From contig OZ245817.1 in assembly GCA_965228475.1 (NCBI GenBank), forward strand, positions 1,984,001 to 2,048,000: a stretch of 64,000 bases of DNA. Direction: 5' to 3'. Under the pieces are notes generated by a model, which saw only the letters and a list, made by a program, of their open reading frames with translations, was not told the origin of the DNA and made no database searches. Positions 29,326-38,109 of the stretch are shown here, piece by piece. Every line of letters starts with the position of its first letter. The stretch's first letter is position 1. The position numbers and the translations under genes are program-made. This DNA comes from Myxococcota bacterium. Its GTDB lineage: Bacteria; Myxococcota_A; UBA9160; JAFDDA01.

Positions 29326-29874
29326 TCACGCAGGCTCGAAGGCCGAGACCGTGAAGGTGACGTCGAGCAGCTCCGGCTTGTCCGCCCGCGTCCGGATCCG
29401 CAGGGCCTTGATCGAGAGCAGCTGGGGCGAGGATTCGATCTGGTCGAGGTAGCGGCTCAGCTGCGAGAGCGTGACGCTCTTCAGGACGACCTGGACCTTC
29501 TCTTCGACGTAGTGGTCACCGGCCGGCGCTGCCTGGGGCTCGAGGGACTCGATTTTGACGGCGGAGTTGAGGGCCAGGGTCTCGAGGGTCGTGAAGACGT
29601 TGCCCTTCGGCCCGCGCTGGATGCGGTTCTCGACCTTCTGGAGGCGCCCGGCGATCTCTTCGTACTGGGCGCGCAGGTGGACCATCATCCCGATCTGACT
29701 CTCGGCGCGTGCGACGCGCTGGGCCGCGCGGTCGCGGGCGGTTCCGATCGGCAGCACCACGAGCAGCCAAACCAGGGCGCAGCCGATGGCGATGCCCATG
29801 CCCCAGAGGGCCAGCCGCTCGCGCGGGGTCAGGTCGTCGATGGCGGCCCGGATGCGGGCCCAGACTTCACTCAC
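29326..29874 (-). CDS. gspM: Type II secretion protein M
   Basis: LTPRER before a TM helix, coiled coil, ferredoxin-like C-terminus; cluster position. Confidence 0.8.
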   Translation of the reverse strand: MSEVWARIRAAIDDLTPRERLALWGMGIAIGCALVWLLVVLPIGTARDRAAQRVARAESQIGMMVHLRAQYEEIAGRLQKVENRIQRGPKGNVFTTLETLALNSAVKIESLEPQAAPAGDHYVEEKVQVVLKSVTLSQLSRYLDQIESSPQLLSIKALRIRTRADKPELLDVTFTVSAFEPA

Positions 29875-31435
29875 CGTCCGTTGCTCCTGCCGCCAGGCTG
29901 ACGGTCATGCTGAAGGTCGTCCCGCCGCGGCGCGAATCGGCGGAGAGCTCGCTCGTCTGGATGCGCGAGAACAGCGGCTCCTTCTCGAGCTCCGCCTTCA
30001 GGCGATCCACCGTTTCGAAGTTCTGCGCGTGGCTGCGAATGCGGATCACCTTGCCGTCGATCGAGAGCTCCTCGAAGGTGACGTCGAGGTTCTGCGGCAC
30101 CTGCGCCGAGAGCAGCGCGAGGAGATCGAGGGCCGAGAGGTTGCCGCGGTAGACGCCGAGCACGTCGGCGCGCTTGCGGGCCTCGCGGATTTCGTTGCGC
30201 AGGGAACGCACCGGGTCGCCCGGCACCGGGCGGCCGGGCAGGACGTCGCTGTAGACGCGCGCCACCTCGGCCTCCATGCGATCGGCACGCTGGCTCTCGA
30301 GCCGGAGCGAGGTCAGGATGCTCGCGCCGAACAACAGCACCGCCACCGCCGCGAGCGCGGCCGTCCAGCGCAGCTCCTTGCCGATCTTCCGCAGGTCGAC
30401 CTTGTAGGCCAGCTCGTGCTGGCGGAAGTTCATGTGGGTCGTGGCGCGGGTCGTGCCACGCAGGGCGAGGGCCACGGCGGGGCCGAAGGCGAGGGGGTCG
30501 CCGCCGGCGACGAGCGAAGTGGCCGCCGGCCCTTCGGGCAGCTCGAGCGGACCCGTCTCGATCCCCGTGCGTTCCGAGAGATGGAGGTCCATGCGGTGCA
30601 GGCGGGCGCCGCCGCCGACGAGCGTGATGCCGGCGAGGGTGCTCGCGGCCGAACCGCCGAGGAGCGGCTCGAGCGAGCCGACCGAGCGCACGACCTCGCG
30701 CGCCAGGCGGTCGAGGGTGCCGAGGGCGCCCGGGATCCGGCCGGCCAGGCGCGGCGTGAAGAGCCCCTCTTCGTGCTTGATGCGTTCGGCCTCGGCGACG
30801 TCGACGTCGAGGTCCTTGGCGAGCGCCTCCGTGAGCGCGCGCCCCGCGACGGGGAAGGAGCGGGCGGCGACCGGGCGGCCGTCGAGCAGCAGGCAGAGCG
30901 TCGACTTGCGGTGGCCGACGTCGAGCACGATGCGGTTCCCGGGCAGGTCGAAGAGCCCGGCGAGGTTGCCGAGCACGAGGCCTTCAGCTTCGACCACGCG
31001 CGGCTCGAGACCGGCCTGGCGGAGCGAGTGCAGGAGCAGCGCGACCTCCTTGCGCGGCGAGAGCGTCGCGACGAGCTCGGTCTTGCTGCGGTCGCTCTCG
31101 ATCTCGGCGTAGTCGATCACGATGTCTTCGAGATCGAAGGGCACCTGGGCTTCGACCTCGAAGGGCACCGCCTGGGCGATCTTGCGCTTGTCGCGGAACG
31201 GGAACTCGAGCACGCGGTTCGAGAGGCGGTCCGCGGGCAGGGCGGCCACGACGTGCTGGGTCGGCAGCCGGTGGGTCCGGACCAGCTCCTGGAGGCGCTC
31301 GGCCACGGTCTGGCCCGAGCCGCCGAGCGGGAGCTCGCGCAGCTGCACGACCTCGAGGTCCCGCAGGGTCTGACGCAGCTCCACCGCCTTGATGGCGTAG
31401 CTGCCGACGTCCAGTCCAAGAATTCCGCGACTCAT
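29867..31435 (-). CDS. gspL: Type II secretion protein L (PilM-like ATPase fold, TM, PilN-like)
   Basis: ILGLDVGSYAIKAV, LDVG, GGGARL, TM helix; cluster position. Confidence 0.85.
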   Translation of the reverse strand: MSRGILGLDVGSYAIKAVELRQTLRDLEVVQLRELPLGGSGQTVAERLQELVRTHRLPTQHVVAALPADRLSNRVLEFPFRDKRKIAQAVPFEVEAQVPFDLEDIVIDYAEIESDRSKTELVATLSPRKEVALLLHSLRQAGLEPRVVEAEGLVLGNLAGLFDLPGNRIVLDVGHRKSTLCLLLDGRPVAARSFPVAGRALTEALAKDLDVDVAEAERIKHEEGLFTPRLAGRIPGALGTLDRLAREVVRSVGSLEPLLGGSAASTLAGITLVGGGARLHRMDLHLSERTGIETGPLELPEGPAATSLVAGGDPLAFGPAVALALRGTTRATTHMNFRQHELAYKVDLRKIGKELRWTAALAAVAVLLFGASILTSLRLESQRADRMEAEVARVYSDVLPGRPVPGDPVRSLRNEIREARKRADVLGVYRGNLSALDLLALLSAQVPQNLDVTFEELSIDGKVIRIRSHAQNFETVDRLKAELEKEPLFSRIQTSELSADSRRGGTTFSMTVSLAAGATDGE

Positions 31436-31560
31436 GCGCCGAATGGATACCTCAATTTGCGGCCGTCTTCGCGGGCGGGATCGTCCACGCTCCGCACGAG
31501 CTTCCGGTTCTTCGTCCTGATCGCGTCCGCCGGTCCGAGCTTCCGGTTCTTCGTCTTCAT
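31432..31560 (-). CDS. Putative 42-aa basic small ORF between gspK and gspL
   Basis: ATGA overlaps with both the gspK stop and the gspL start; MKTKNRKLGPADAIRTKNRKLVRSVDDPAREDGRKLRYPFGA. Confidence 0.45.
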   Translation of the reverse strand: MKTKNRKLGPADAIRTKNRKLVRSVDDPAREDGRKLRYPFGA

Positions 31561-32612
31561 CGCGTCCTCAGCGCCACGAGGGTTGGCCCCTCGGCCTGGC
31601 CGCGGTCGATCACGGCTTCGATCGTGCGGCTCACGTCCCCCACCCGGGCCGTCGCCAGGACGGTGAAGACCTCCGAGGCGAAGGTCGCCGGCGGAAAGAT
31701 CGTCCCCGGGACCACCTCCGAGAGCGGACGGCACTTTGGGCTGTTCGCCGAGTCCGCGCACCACAGCTCGCCGCGCTCCCGCCCCGAGAGGAGGTCCTCC
31801 ACCTGGTCTCCATCGGCCAGACGGTAGTCCTCCGAGACCCCGTAGTAGAGGAGCCCCAGGACGTGGGGCGGGGCCGTGTTCGGGTTGACGCCGTCGCCGC
31901 CGGCGTAGGGATGCACCGTCAGATAGGGGGTCAGGGCCTCGACGAGCTGGCCGTCGAAGCCGGAGACCAGCCGGAGCTCGTCCAGGGTCACGAGGGGCCG
32001 GTTCCCGGCCCGGTAGGGCGGCTCGGCGCGCTGATAGGCGTCGTCTTCGAAGGCGCCGCTCGGGGTCTCGCCGTCGGCATCGATGAAATCGACGAGGTTC
32101 TCGGCCAGCTCGCGCGGGTCGTAGTCCTTGTCCTCGTCCGTCACGGGGAGGGCGTCGACGACGCGCTCGAGCAGGGCTTCGAGCAGGGCGAGACCGATCG
32201 GGTCGCGCAGCTTGCCGTCCTCGAACAGGGCGTTCAGGTTCAGGCGCGCGCCGGCGTCGAGGATGCGGAGTTCGAGGACCGCGTCGTCGCCCACCGGAAG
32301 CGGGGTGCCGGCGGCGCGCGCCCAGAGGTCGTCCGAAGCCTCGACGCGGAAGGTCTCGTCGCCCTCGCGCAGGCGATCTTCGAGCAGCAGGGCCTTGGAG
32401 AGCTCGATGCCGCCGCGGGCCAGGGCCTCGGCGGTGCGCGCGGCGTCGCGGTGCCGGGCCACGAGGCTGTCGACGGAGGCCCGGCGCGCGAAGGTCGCGA
32501 CGGCGGTCGTGAAGAGCACCACGAAGAAGACGACGATGATCAGCGCGATCCCGGCGCGGCGCCGGTCCCGCGGCCGGAGCCCGGCGGTGGTGGGCGGCGT
32601 GGGGCGCATCAT
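31557..32612 (-). CDS. gspK: Type II secretion minor pseudopilin K
   Basis: RRRAG|IALIIV, DAGARLNLNAL, DFIDADG, ELRLVSGF, VNPNTAP. Confidence 0.88.
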   Translation of the reverse strand: MMRPTPPTTAGLRPRDRRRAGIALIIVVFFVVLFTTAVATFARRASVDSLVARHRDAARTAEALARGGIELSKALLLEDRLREGDETFRVEASDDLWARAAGTPLPVGDDAVLELRILDAGARLNLNALFEDGKLRDPIGLALLEALLERVVDALPVTDEDKDYDPRELAENLVDFIDADGETPSGAFEDDAYQRAEPPYRAGNRPLVTLDELRLVSGFDGQLVEALTPYLTVHPYAGGDGVNPNTAPPHVLGLLYYGVSEDYRLADGDQVEDLLSGRERGELWCADSANSPKCRPLSEVVPGTIFPPATFASEVFTVLATARVGDVSRTIEAVIDRGQAEGPTLVALRTR

Positions 32613-33550
32613 CGGTTCCCCTGGCAGTGGGGCAGCACGGCGTCCATGGGCACGCCGACGTCGCTCAGACACTGGTCCTGGAGCTCGAGGATGATCGACA
32701 TGAGCTCGCCATCGAGGACGGCGGCGTCGATGCAGTCGCGCACGCGCAGGCAGTCCTCGTCCTCGCCTTCGCCGTCTTCGTTCTCCCCGTCCTCGTTCTC
32801 GCCGTCTTCGGAGCCCGCCTCGCCGGGCGCCACGCCGGCGAGCTGGGCGGCGAGATCGAAGGGCCGGACGGGGAGGAGGACGCGCCGCGTGAAGCGCTCG
32901 CCGTCGGCGGCCGGGTCCTCGGGCTGCATGCGGACGGAGACTTCGGCGACGAGCGGGAGCTGGCTCGAGCGCGCGAGCGAGGACGAGTCCCAGCGGTCCG
33001 TCCACTCGCCTTCTTCGTCCATCAGCCGGATGCCGAACTCGGCCAGGCCCTCGGCGGCGAGGAAGACGCCCGGGTCGTCGTCGCGCGGCATGCGGCGGTC
33101 GAGGCCTTCCGAGAGGCGCGGGAAGGACCAGCGGAACAGTTCGAGACTGCCGTCGACCGCCTCGCGCGTGAACCAGGCGACCTGGGCGAGGTCCGAGGCC
33201 TTGGCCCGGCTCGCGCTCGGCGCCTGGCCGCGGGTGATGAACTTCAGGCGGTTCGCGCCTTCGGAGAGGCCCCGCGCTTCCGCGAGGAAGAGCCAGGGGT
33301 GCTCGAGCGGGTCCATCTCGCCGGGTTTCTCGACGAGGCGCGCGGCTTCGAGATCGCGGGCGACGCGGTCGAGGACGGCGGTCGCGCGCCGGGCGTCGCG
33401 GGTGAGATCCGCCGCGCGGATGTTCTGGCTCGAGACGTCCACGTAGCCGCTGATCGCGACGCTCGTGACCGCGACGATCACCACGAGCACGGCCATCAGC
33501 TCGAGCAGGCTGAAGCCCCGGGCCAGCGGGCGGTGCTCTTGCCGCCTCAC
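32609..33550 (-). CDS. gspJ: Type II secretion pseudopilin J-like
   Basis: RG|FSLLELM prepilin motif, WDSS...LP motif; cluster position. Confidence 0.75.
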   Translation of the reverse strand: MRRQEHRPLARGFSLLELMAVLVVIVAVTSVAISGYVDVSSQNIRAADLTRDARRATAVLDRVARDLEAARLVEKPGEMDPLEHPWLFLAEARGLSEGANRLKFITRGQAPSASRAKASDLAQVAWFTREAVDGSLELFRWSFPRLSEGLDRRMPRDDDPGVFLAAEGLAEFGIRLMDEEGEWTDRWDSSSLARSSQLPLVAEVSVRMQPEDPAADGERFTRRVLLPVRPFDLAAQLAGVAPGEAGSEDGENEDGENEDGEGEDEDCLRVRDCIDAAVLDGELMSIILELQDQCLSDVGVPMDAVLPHCQGNR

Positions 33551-34110
33551 GGTTCCGGCGTGTCCTGGGCACCCGGAGGCGCCTCCGGCCCCGGCCCGTC
33601 GCTGCCGAGCGTCACGCCGGCCTGCTGGAGGAGTTCCGTGGCGGCCGCCGAATCGAGGACGAAGGTCGTCCGGCGCACCTCGCGGTCCGCCACGCCGTCG
33701 AACCAACGGACGGCGATTGCGATCTGGCGCAGGGCCGGCTCCTTGCCGCGGCCGGCCGGCGAGAGCAGGCTCGGCGCCCGGGTGTCGCGAGGGCGCGCAT
33801 CTTCCGGTTCGGGGAGCCACTCCTCGAACGGGAGCTCCAGGGCCGAGATCTCGATGCGGACGTCGAAGTCGCCTTCGTTCTCTTCGCGCACGCCGAGGGG
33901 GGCGGGCACGCCCAACGCACGCTGGGAGTCGATCTCGGCCAGCACGCGATCCGCGAGCAGGGAAGCGTGGAGCCGGCGGTTGGCGTCGCCCTCGGCGATC
34001 GTGGCGTTGATGTTGCTCGCCGAGAGCGCGCCGTACATCGCCGCCATGATGACCGCGGCGGCGAGCACCTCGAGCAGGGTGAAGCCGGTGCGCGTCCTAC
34101 GGCAGGACAC
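33547..34110 (-). CDS. gspI: Type II secretion pseudopilin I-like
   Basis: TG|FTLLEVL prepilin motif; cluster position. Confidence 0.72.
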   Translation of the reverse strand: MSCRRTRTGFTLLEVLAAAVIMAAMYGALSASNINATIAEGDANRRLHASLLADRVLAEIDSQRALGVPAPLGVREENEGDFDVRIEISALELPFEEWLPEPEDARPRDTRAPSLLSPAGRGKEPALRQIAIAVRWFDGVADREVRRTTFVLDSAAATELLQQAGVTLGSDGPGPEAPPGAQDTPEP

Positions 34111-34681
34111 TGACGCGCACCGTGTCGGCGAGGGGCAGGACTTCGAGGGCGAGGCCGTCGCCGTCCCCGTTCGCGAGGGCGATGATGGCGGGTGTGGCCG
34201 AACCGTCCTGGGCGAACTCGACGCCGACGATGCCCTGCTGCTGGATGCCCTCCGCGGTTTCGACCCTGGCGAAGTAGATGCCTTCGCCGAGCCCGGTCCC
34301 ACGGCCGAGCCGGTGGGCGATCGGCAGGAAGCTGCCGGTCACGGCCGGCGGGGCGAGCAGGGCGAGCGCTTCGTCGCGCTCCCGGTCCTCGGCGTCCTCC
34401 TCGGCTTCGGGCTCCGGCGTCTCGAAGCCTTCCACGTGGTAGCGGCTCTCGTCGAGGTCGATCGCCACCCGGTGGGGGGCTCCGGTCGCGATGGAGCGCT
34501 GGCGTGCGAGCTCGAGGCTCGCGCGCAGGGAGCTCGCGTCGCTCTCGAGGACGCGCCGGCTGCCGATCCCGAAGTTCGGCAGCACGAAGCCGTAGATGAG
34601 CGCGATCACGAGCACGACGGCCGCCATCTCGATCAGCGTGAAGCCCGCGAGGCGGGCCCGAAGGGCGGCCGGGCGGCGCAC
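34097..34681 (-). CDS. gspH: Type II secretion pseudopilin H-like
   Basis: AG|FTLIEM prepilin motif; F..DG; cluster position. Confidence 0.75.
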   Translation of the reverse strand: MRRPAALRARLAGFTLIEMAAVVLVIALIYGFVLPNFGIGSRRVLESDASSLRASLELARQRSIATGAPHRVAIDLDESRYHVEGFETPEPEAEEDAEDRERDEALALLAPPAVTGSFLPIAHRLGRGTGLGEGIYFARVETAEGIQQQGIVGVEFAQDGSATPAIIALANGDGDGLALEVLPLADTVRVSVLP

Positions 34682-34682
34682 G

Positions 34683-35129
34683 CTAGGCGTCGCCCCAGTT
34701 CCCGATGTCGGCGCTGTCCTCGCTTCCGCCGGGGGCTCCGTCGGCGCCGTAGGACCAGAGGTCGAACCCGCGCGGGTTGAACTCGCCCGGGGAGCGGTAC
34801 TGGTAGGGCTGGCCCCAGGGGTCGAGCGGCAGGGTCTTCTTCTGGAGGTAGCCGTCGGGCTGGTAGCGGCGCGGCTCCGGCGGAGACGTCGGCCGCGCGA
34901 TGAGCGCCTCGAGGCCCTGCTCGGTGGTCGGGTAGAACGAGTTGTCCATCCGATAGAACTCGAGCGCGCCCTCGAGCCGATCGATCTGGGCGCGCGCCGT
35001 GTCGACCCGAGCCTTGTCCATCGAGCCGGTGACGTTCACGCCGACCAACGCGATCAGCAGGCCGATGATGACGACCACGGCCATGATCTCGATGAGCGAG
35101 AAGCCGTTCGTCCGGGGGTGGTCTTGCAT
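34683..35129 (-). CDS. gspG: Type II secretion major pseudopilin G
   Basis: NG|FSLIEIM, YPTTEQGLEAL, DPWG.PYQY, SYGADG. Confidence 0.95.
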   Translation of the reverse strand: MQDHPRTNGFSLIEIMAVVVIIGLLIALVGVNVTGSMDKARVDTARAQIDRLEGALEFYRMDNSFYPTTEQGLEALIARPTSPPEPRRYQPDGYLQKKTLPLDPWGQPYQYRSPGEFNPRGFDLWSYGADGAPGGSEDSADIGNWGDA

Positions 35130-35140
35130 GGGGTGTCTCC

Positions 35141-36364
35141 TCAACTGAGCGAGCCGGTGAGTTTCATGACGGGCTGCAGCGTCGCCATGATGATGAACAG
35201 GACGAGCCCGACCATCACGAGGATGAGCACGGGCTCGAGCAGGGCGGTGAGGCGTGAGACGGTGGTCTCGACCTCCTCGTCGTAGGTTTCGGCGACCTTG
35301 TCGAGCATGGCCTCGAGCTGGCCGCTCTGCTCCCCGACCTCGATCATCTGGGTCACCATCGGCGGGAACTGGCCGCTCTGGCGGAGCGGGCCGGCGATCG
35401 AGGCGCCCTCGGTGATGCTCACGCGCGCGTCGTCGATGGCTTCGCCGAGCACGACGTTGCCCGAGACGTCCCGGGCCACGTCCATCGCGCGCACGATGGG
35501 GATGCCGCCCGAGAGCAGGGTGGCGAGGGTGCGGGAGAAGCGGGCGACGGCGATGACCCGCGCCACGCGCCCGGCGACGGGCATGCGCAGGACCAGCCGG
35601 TCCCAGAGGCGCCGCCCGCGATCGGTCTGGATGAACGCGCGGACGCCGAGGCCCACGGCCACGAGGACGAGTCCGACCAGCCACCAGAAGCGGCGCACGA
35701 AGTCCGAGCCCTCGATGATCGCGACGGTGTAGAAGGGCAGGTCCTGGTCGAGGCTGTCCAGGAGCTCCGTGATCTGGGGCAGGACGAAGCTCACGAGCAC
35801 GGCGACGATCACGCCGGTGAAGGTGAGCATGAAGAGCGGGTAGACGAGGATCGCGCTGACCTTGTTGCGGAGGCGGACCTGGCCTTCGAGGTAGTTCGCG
35901 AGCCGCTCGAGGATGCGCTCGAGGGCGCCGCCCGCTTCGCCCGCGCGCACCATGCTCGTGTAGAGCTCCGAGAAGACGCTGCCCTGGGACATCGCGTCGG
36001 CGAGGGAGGCGCCCTCGTTCACGCGGTCGCGCACGCGCACGAACTCGGACTTGAGCTTCGTGTTCTCGCTCTGCTCGGCGACCGCGCCGAGCGCCGTCAC
36101 GAGCGGGACGCCGGCGCCGACGAGGGTCGAGAGCTGGCGGGTGGCGACGGACTGGTCCGTCATGGAGACGCCGAAGCTCGGCATCGTGATCTCGAACTGC
36201 GAGCGTTCGGTCGGGTCCGGGACGTTGCCGCCCTCGCGCAGCTCGGTCGGGAAGACGCCGTCGCTGCGCAGCTGGAGCCGTGCGGCGCGGGCGTTGTCCG
36301 CGTCGATGTACCCCTTCAGGTTCTTGCCGGAGTCGGATACGCCCCGATATTCGAAGACGGGCAT
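35141..36364 (-). CDS. gspF: Type II secretion inner membrane platform protein F
   Basis: TRQLSTLV.AGVPL, AGEAGG.LE, GEQSGQL, LLEP. Confidence 0.93.
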   Translation of the reverse strand: MPVFEYRGVSDSGKNLKGYIDADNARAARLQLRSDGVFPTELREGGNVPDPTERSQFEITMPSFGVSMTDQSVATRQLSTLVGAGVPLVTALGAVAEQSENTKLKSEFVRVRDRVNEGASLADAMSQGSVFSELYTSMVRAGEAGGALERILERLANYLEGQVRLRNKVSAILVYPLFMLTFTGVIVAVLVSFVLPQITELLDSLDQDLPFYTVAIIEGSDFVRRFWWLVGLVLVAVGLGVRAFIQTDRGRRLWDRLVLRMPVAGRVARVIAVARFSRTLATLLSGGIPIVRAMDVARDVSGNVVLGEAIDDARVSITEGASIAGPLRQSGQFPPMVTQMIEVGEQSGQLEAMLDKVAETYDEEVETTVSRLTALLEPVLILVMVGLVLFIIMATLQPVMKLTGSLS

Positions 36365-36372
36365 CTCGGCTC

Positions 36373-38109
36373 CTAGATCTGCGCGACGACGCCTTCGTCC
36401 TCGGTGGCGCGCAGCACCTCGGCGACCGAGGTGATGCCCGCGAGGACCTTCCGGGCGCCGTCGACGCGCAGCGAGTGCATGCCGAGCTCGATGGCCTTCT
36501 TGCGGATCGTCTTGGCGTCGACGTTGCCGGTGACGAGGGTCCGCACTTCGTCGTCGACGAGCAGCAGCTCGAAGATGCCGACCCGGCCGCGGTAGCCCGT
36601 CTGGCTGCAGCGCGCGCAGCCCGTGGCGCGGTAGGCCTTCACCGGCTGGGCCGGGCGCCGGACGCCGAGCTCGACGAACTCTTCGTCGCTCGGCTCGTAG
36701 GGCTCGCGGCAGTCCGGGCAGAGCATGCGGACGAGGCGCTGGGCGAGGACGGCGACGAGGGAGGAACCCACGAGAAACGGTTCGACGCCCATGTCGACGA
36801 GCCGTGTGATGGCGCTCGCAGCATCGTTCGTATGCAGGGTCGAGAAGACGAGGTGGCCGGTGAGCGACGCCTGGATGGCGATCTCGGCGGTCTCGAGGTC
36901 GCGAATCTCGCCGACGAGGATGACGTTCGGGTCCTGGCGCAGGAAGGAGCGCAGCCCCGTCGCGAAGGTCAGGCCGATGCGCGGGTTCACCTCGACCTGG
37001 CCGACGCCTCGGAGCTGGATCTCGACCGGGTCCTCGATGGTGAGGATGTTCTTGTCGGTGCCGTTGATCTGGGCGAGGGCGCCGTAGAGCGTCGTCGTCT
37101 TGCCGCTGCCGGTCGGGCCGGTGACGAGGATGATGCCGTTCGGCCGGGAGATCAGTTTCGTCCAGATCTCGTGCTGCTGCGGGTTGAAGCCGAGCTTGCC
37201 GAGGTCGAGCAGCTCGGTCGAGCGGGGCAGGAGCCGCATCACGAGCCGCTCGCCGTGGGCGACCGGGACGGTCGAGAGGCGCACGTCGTAATCGCGGCCG
37301 GCGATCTTCAGCCGGATGCGCCCGTCCTGGGGCAGCCGCTTCTCCGCGATGTTCAGGCCGCCCATGATCTTCACGCGCGAGGCGATGCTCGCCTGGAGCG
37401 AGCGCGGAAGCGGCGGGATCGGCTCGTAGAGCACGTCGTCGATGCGGAAGCGGACGCGGATCTCCTCCTCGAAGGGCTCGAGGTGGATGTCCGAGGCGCG
37501 CTCCTTCACGGCGCTCTGCAGGAGCGAGTTCACCAGGCGGATGATCGGCGCGTCGTCGGCGGCGTCGATCAGGTCCGTCGGCTGGCTCGAGATCTCGTGG
37601 GCCATCGCGTCGAGGTCGAGAGCCGCGTCCTCGGCGAGCTTCTCGGCCGAGGCCGGGCCGCGGTCGTAGACCTCGTTGATGGCGGTCTCGATCGTGCGCC
37701 GGCTCGCGAGCGTCGTCTCGATCTCGGCCACGTCGAAGAGCAGCCGCAGGTCGTCGAAGGCGGTGGTGTCGAAGGGGTCCGAGACGGCGACGGTCACGGA
37801 CTCTTCGGTCCGCGAGAGCGGCAAGAGGTGGTGCGTTCGGGCGAAGGAGATCGGCACGCGGGAGAGCAGGTCGTCGTCGACGTCCGTGTGGCTGATGCTC
37901 TCGCGCACGGGCAGGTCGAGCTGCTCGGCGAGGGCGCGCACGACCTCGGTCTCGTCGACGTGGCCCTCGGCGATCAGGACGTCCAGCAGACCGCGCCCGC
38001 CGTCCTCCTGGAGGCGTCGCGCCTCCTCGAGGTGCTCGGGCGTGAGCCGCGTGGTCTGCAGCAGGACCGCGCCGAGCTCGAGGGAGCCGTTGTCCGCTGC
38101 GCTGCTCAC
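36373..38109 (-). CDS. gspE: Type II secretion ATPase E
   Basis: ASDIHLEP, PQDGR, Walker A GPTGSGKTT, LRQDPN, TGHLVFSTLH, CPDC..CARC. Confidence 0.95.
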   Translation of the reverse strand: MSSAADNGSLELGAVLLQTTRLTPEHLEEARRLQEDGGRGLLDVLIAEGHVDETEVVRALAEQLDLPVRESISHTDVDDDLLSRVPISFARTHHLLPLSRTEESVTVAVSDPFDTTAFDDLRLLFDVAEIETTLASRRTIETAINEVYDRGPASAEKLAEDAALDLDAMAHEISSQPTDLIDAADDAPIIRLVNSLLQSAVKERASDIHLEPFEEEIRVRFRIDDVLYEPIPPLPRSLQASIASRVKIMGGLNIAEKRLPQDGRIRLKIAGRDYDVRLSTVPVAHGERLVMRLLPRSTELLDLGKLGFNPQQHEIWTKLISRPNGIILVTGPTGSGKTTTLYGALAQINGTDKNILTIEDPVEIQLRGVGQVEVNPRIGLTFATGLRSFLRQDPNVILVGEIRDLETAEIAIQASLTGHLVFSTLHTNDAASAITRLVDMGVEPFLVGSSLVAVLAQRLVRMLCPDCREPYEPSDEEFVELGVRRPAQPVKAYRATGCARCSQTGYRGRVGIFELLLVDDEVRTLVTGNVDAKTIRKKAIELGMHSLRVDGARKVLAGITSVAEVLRATEDEGVVAQI

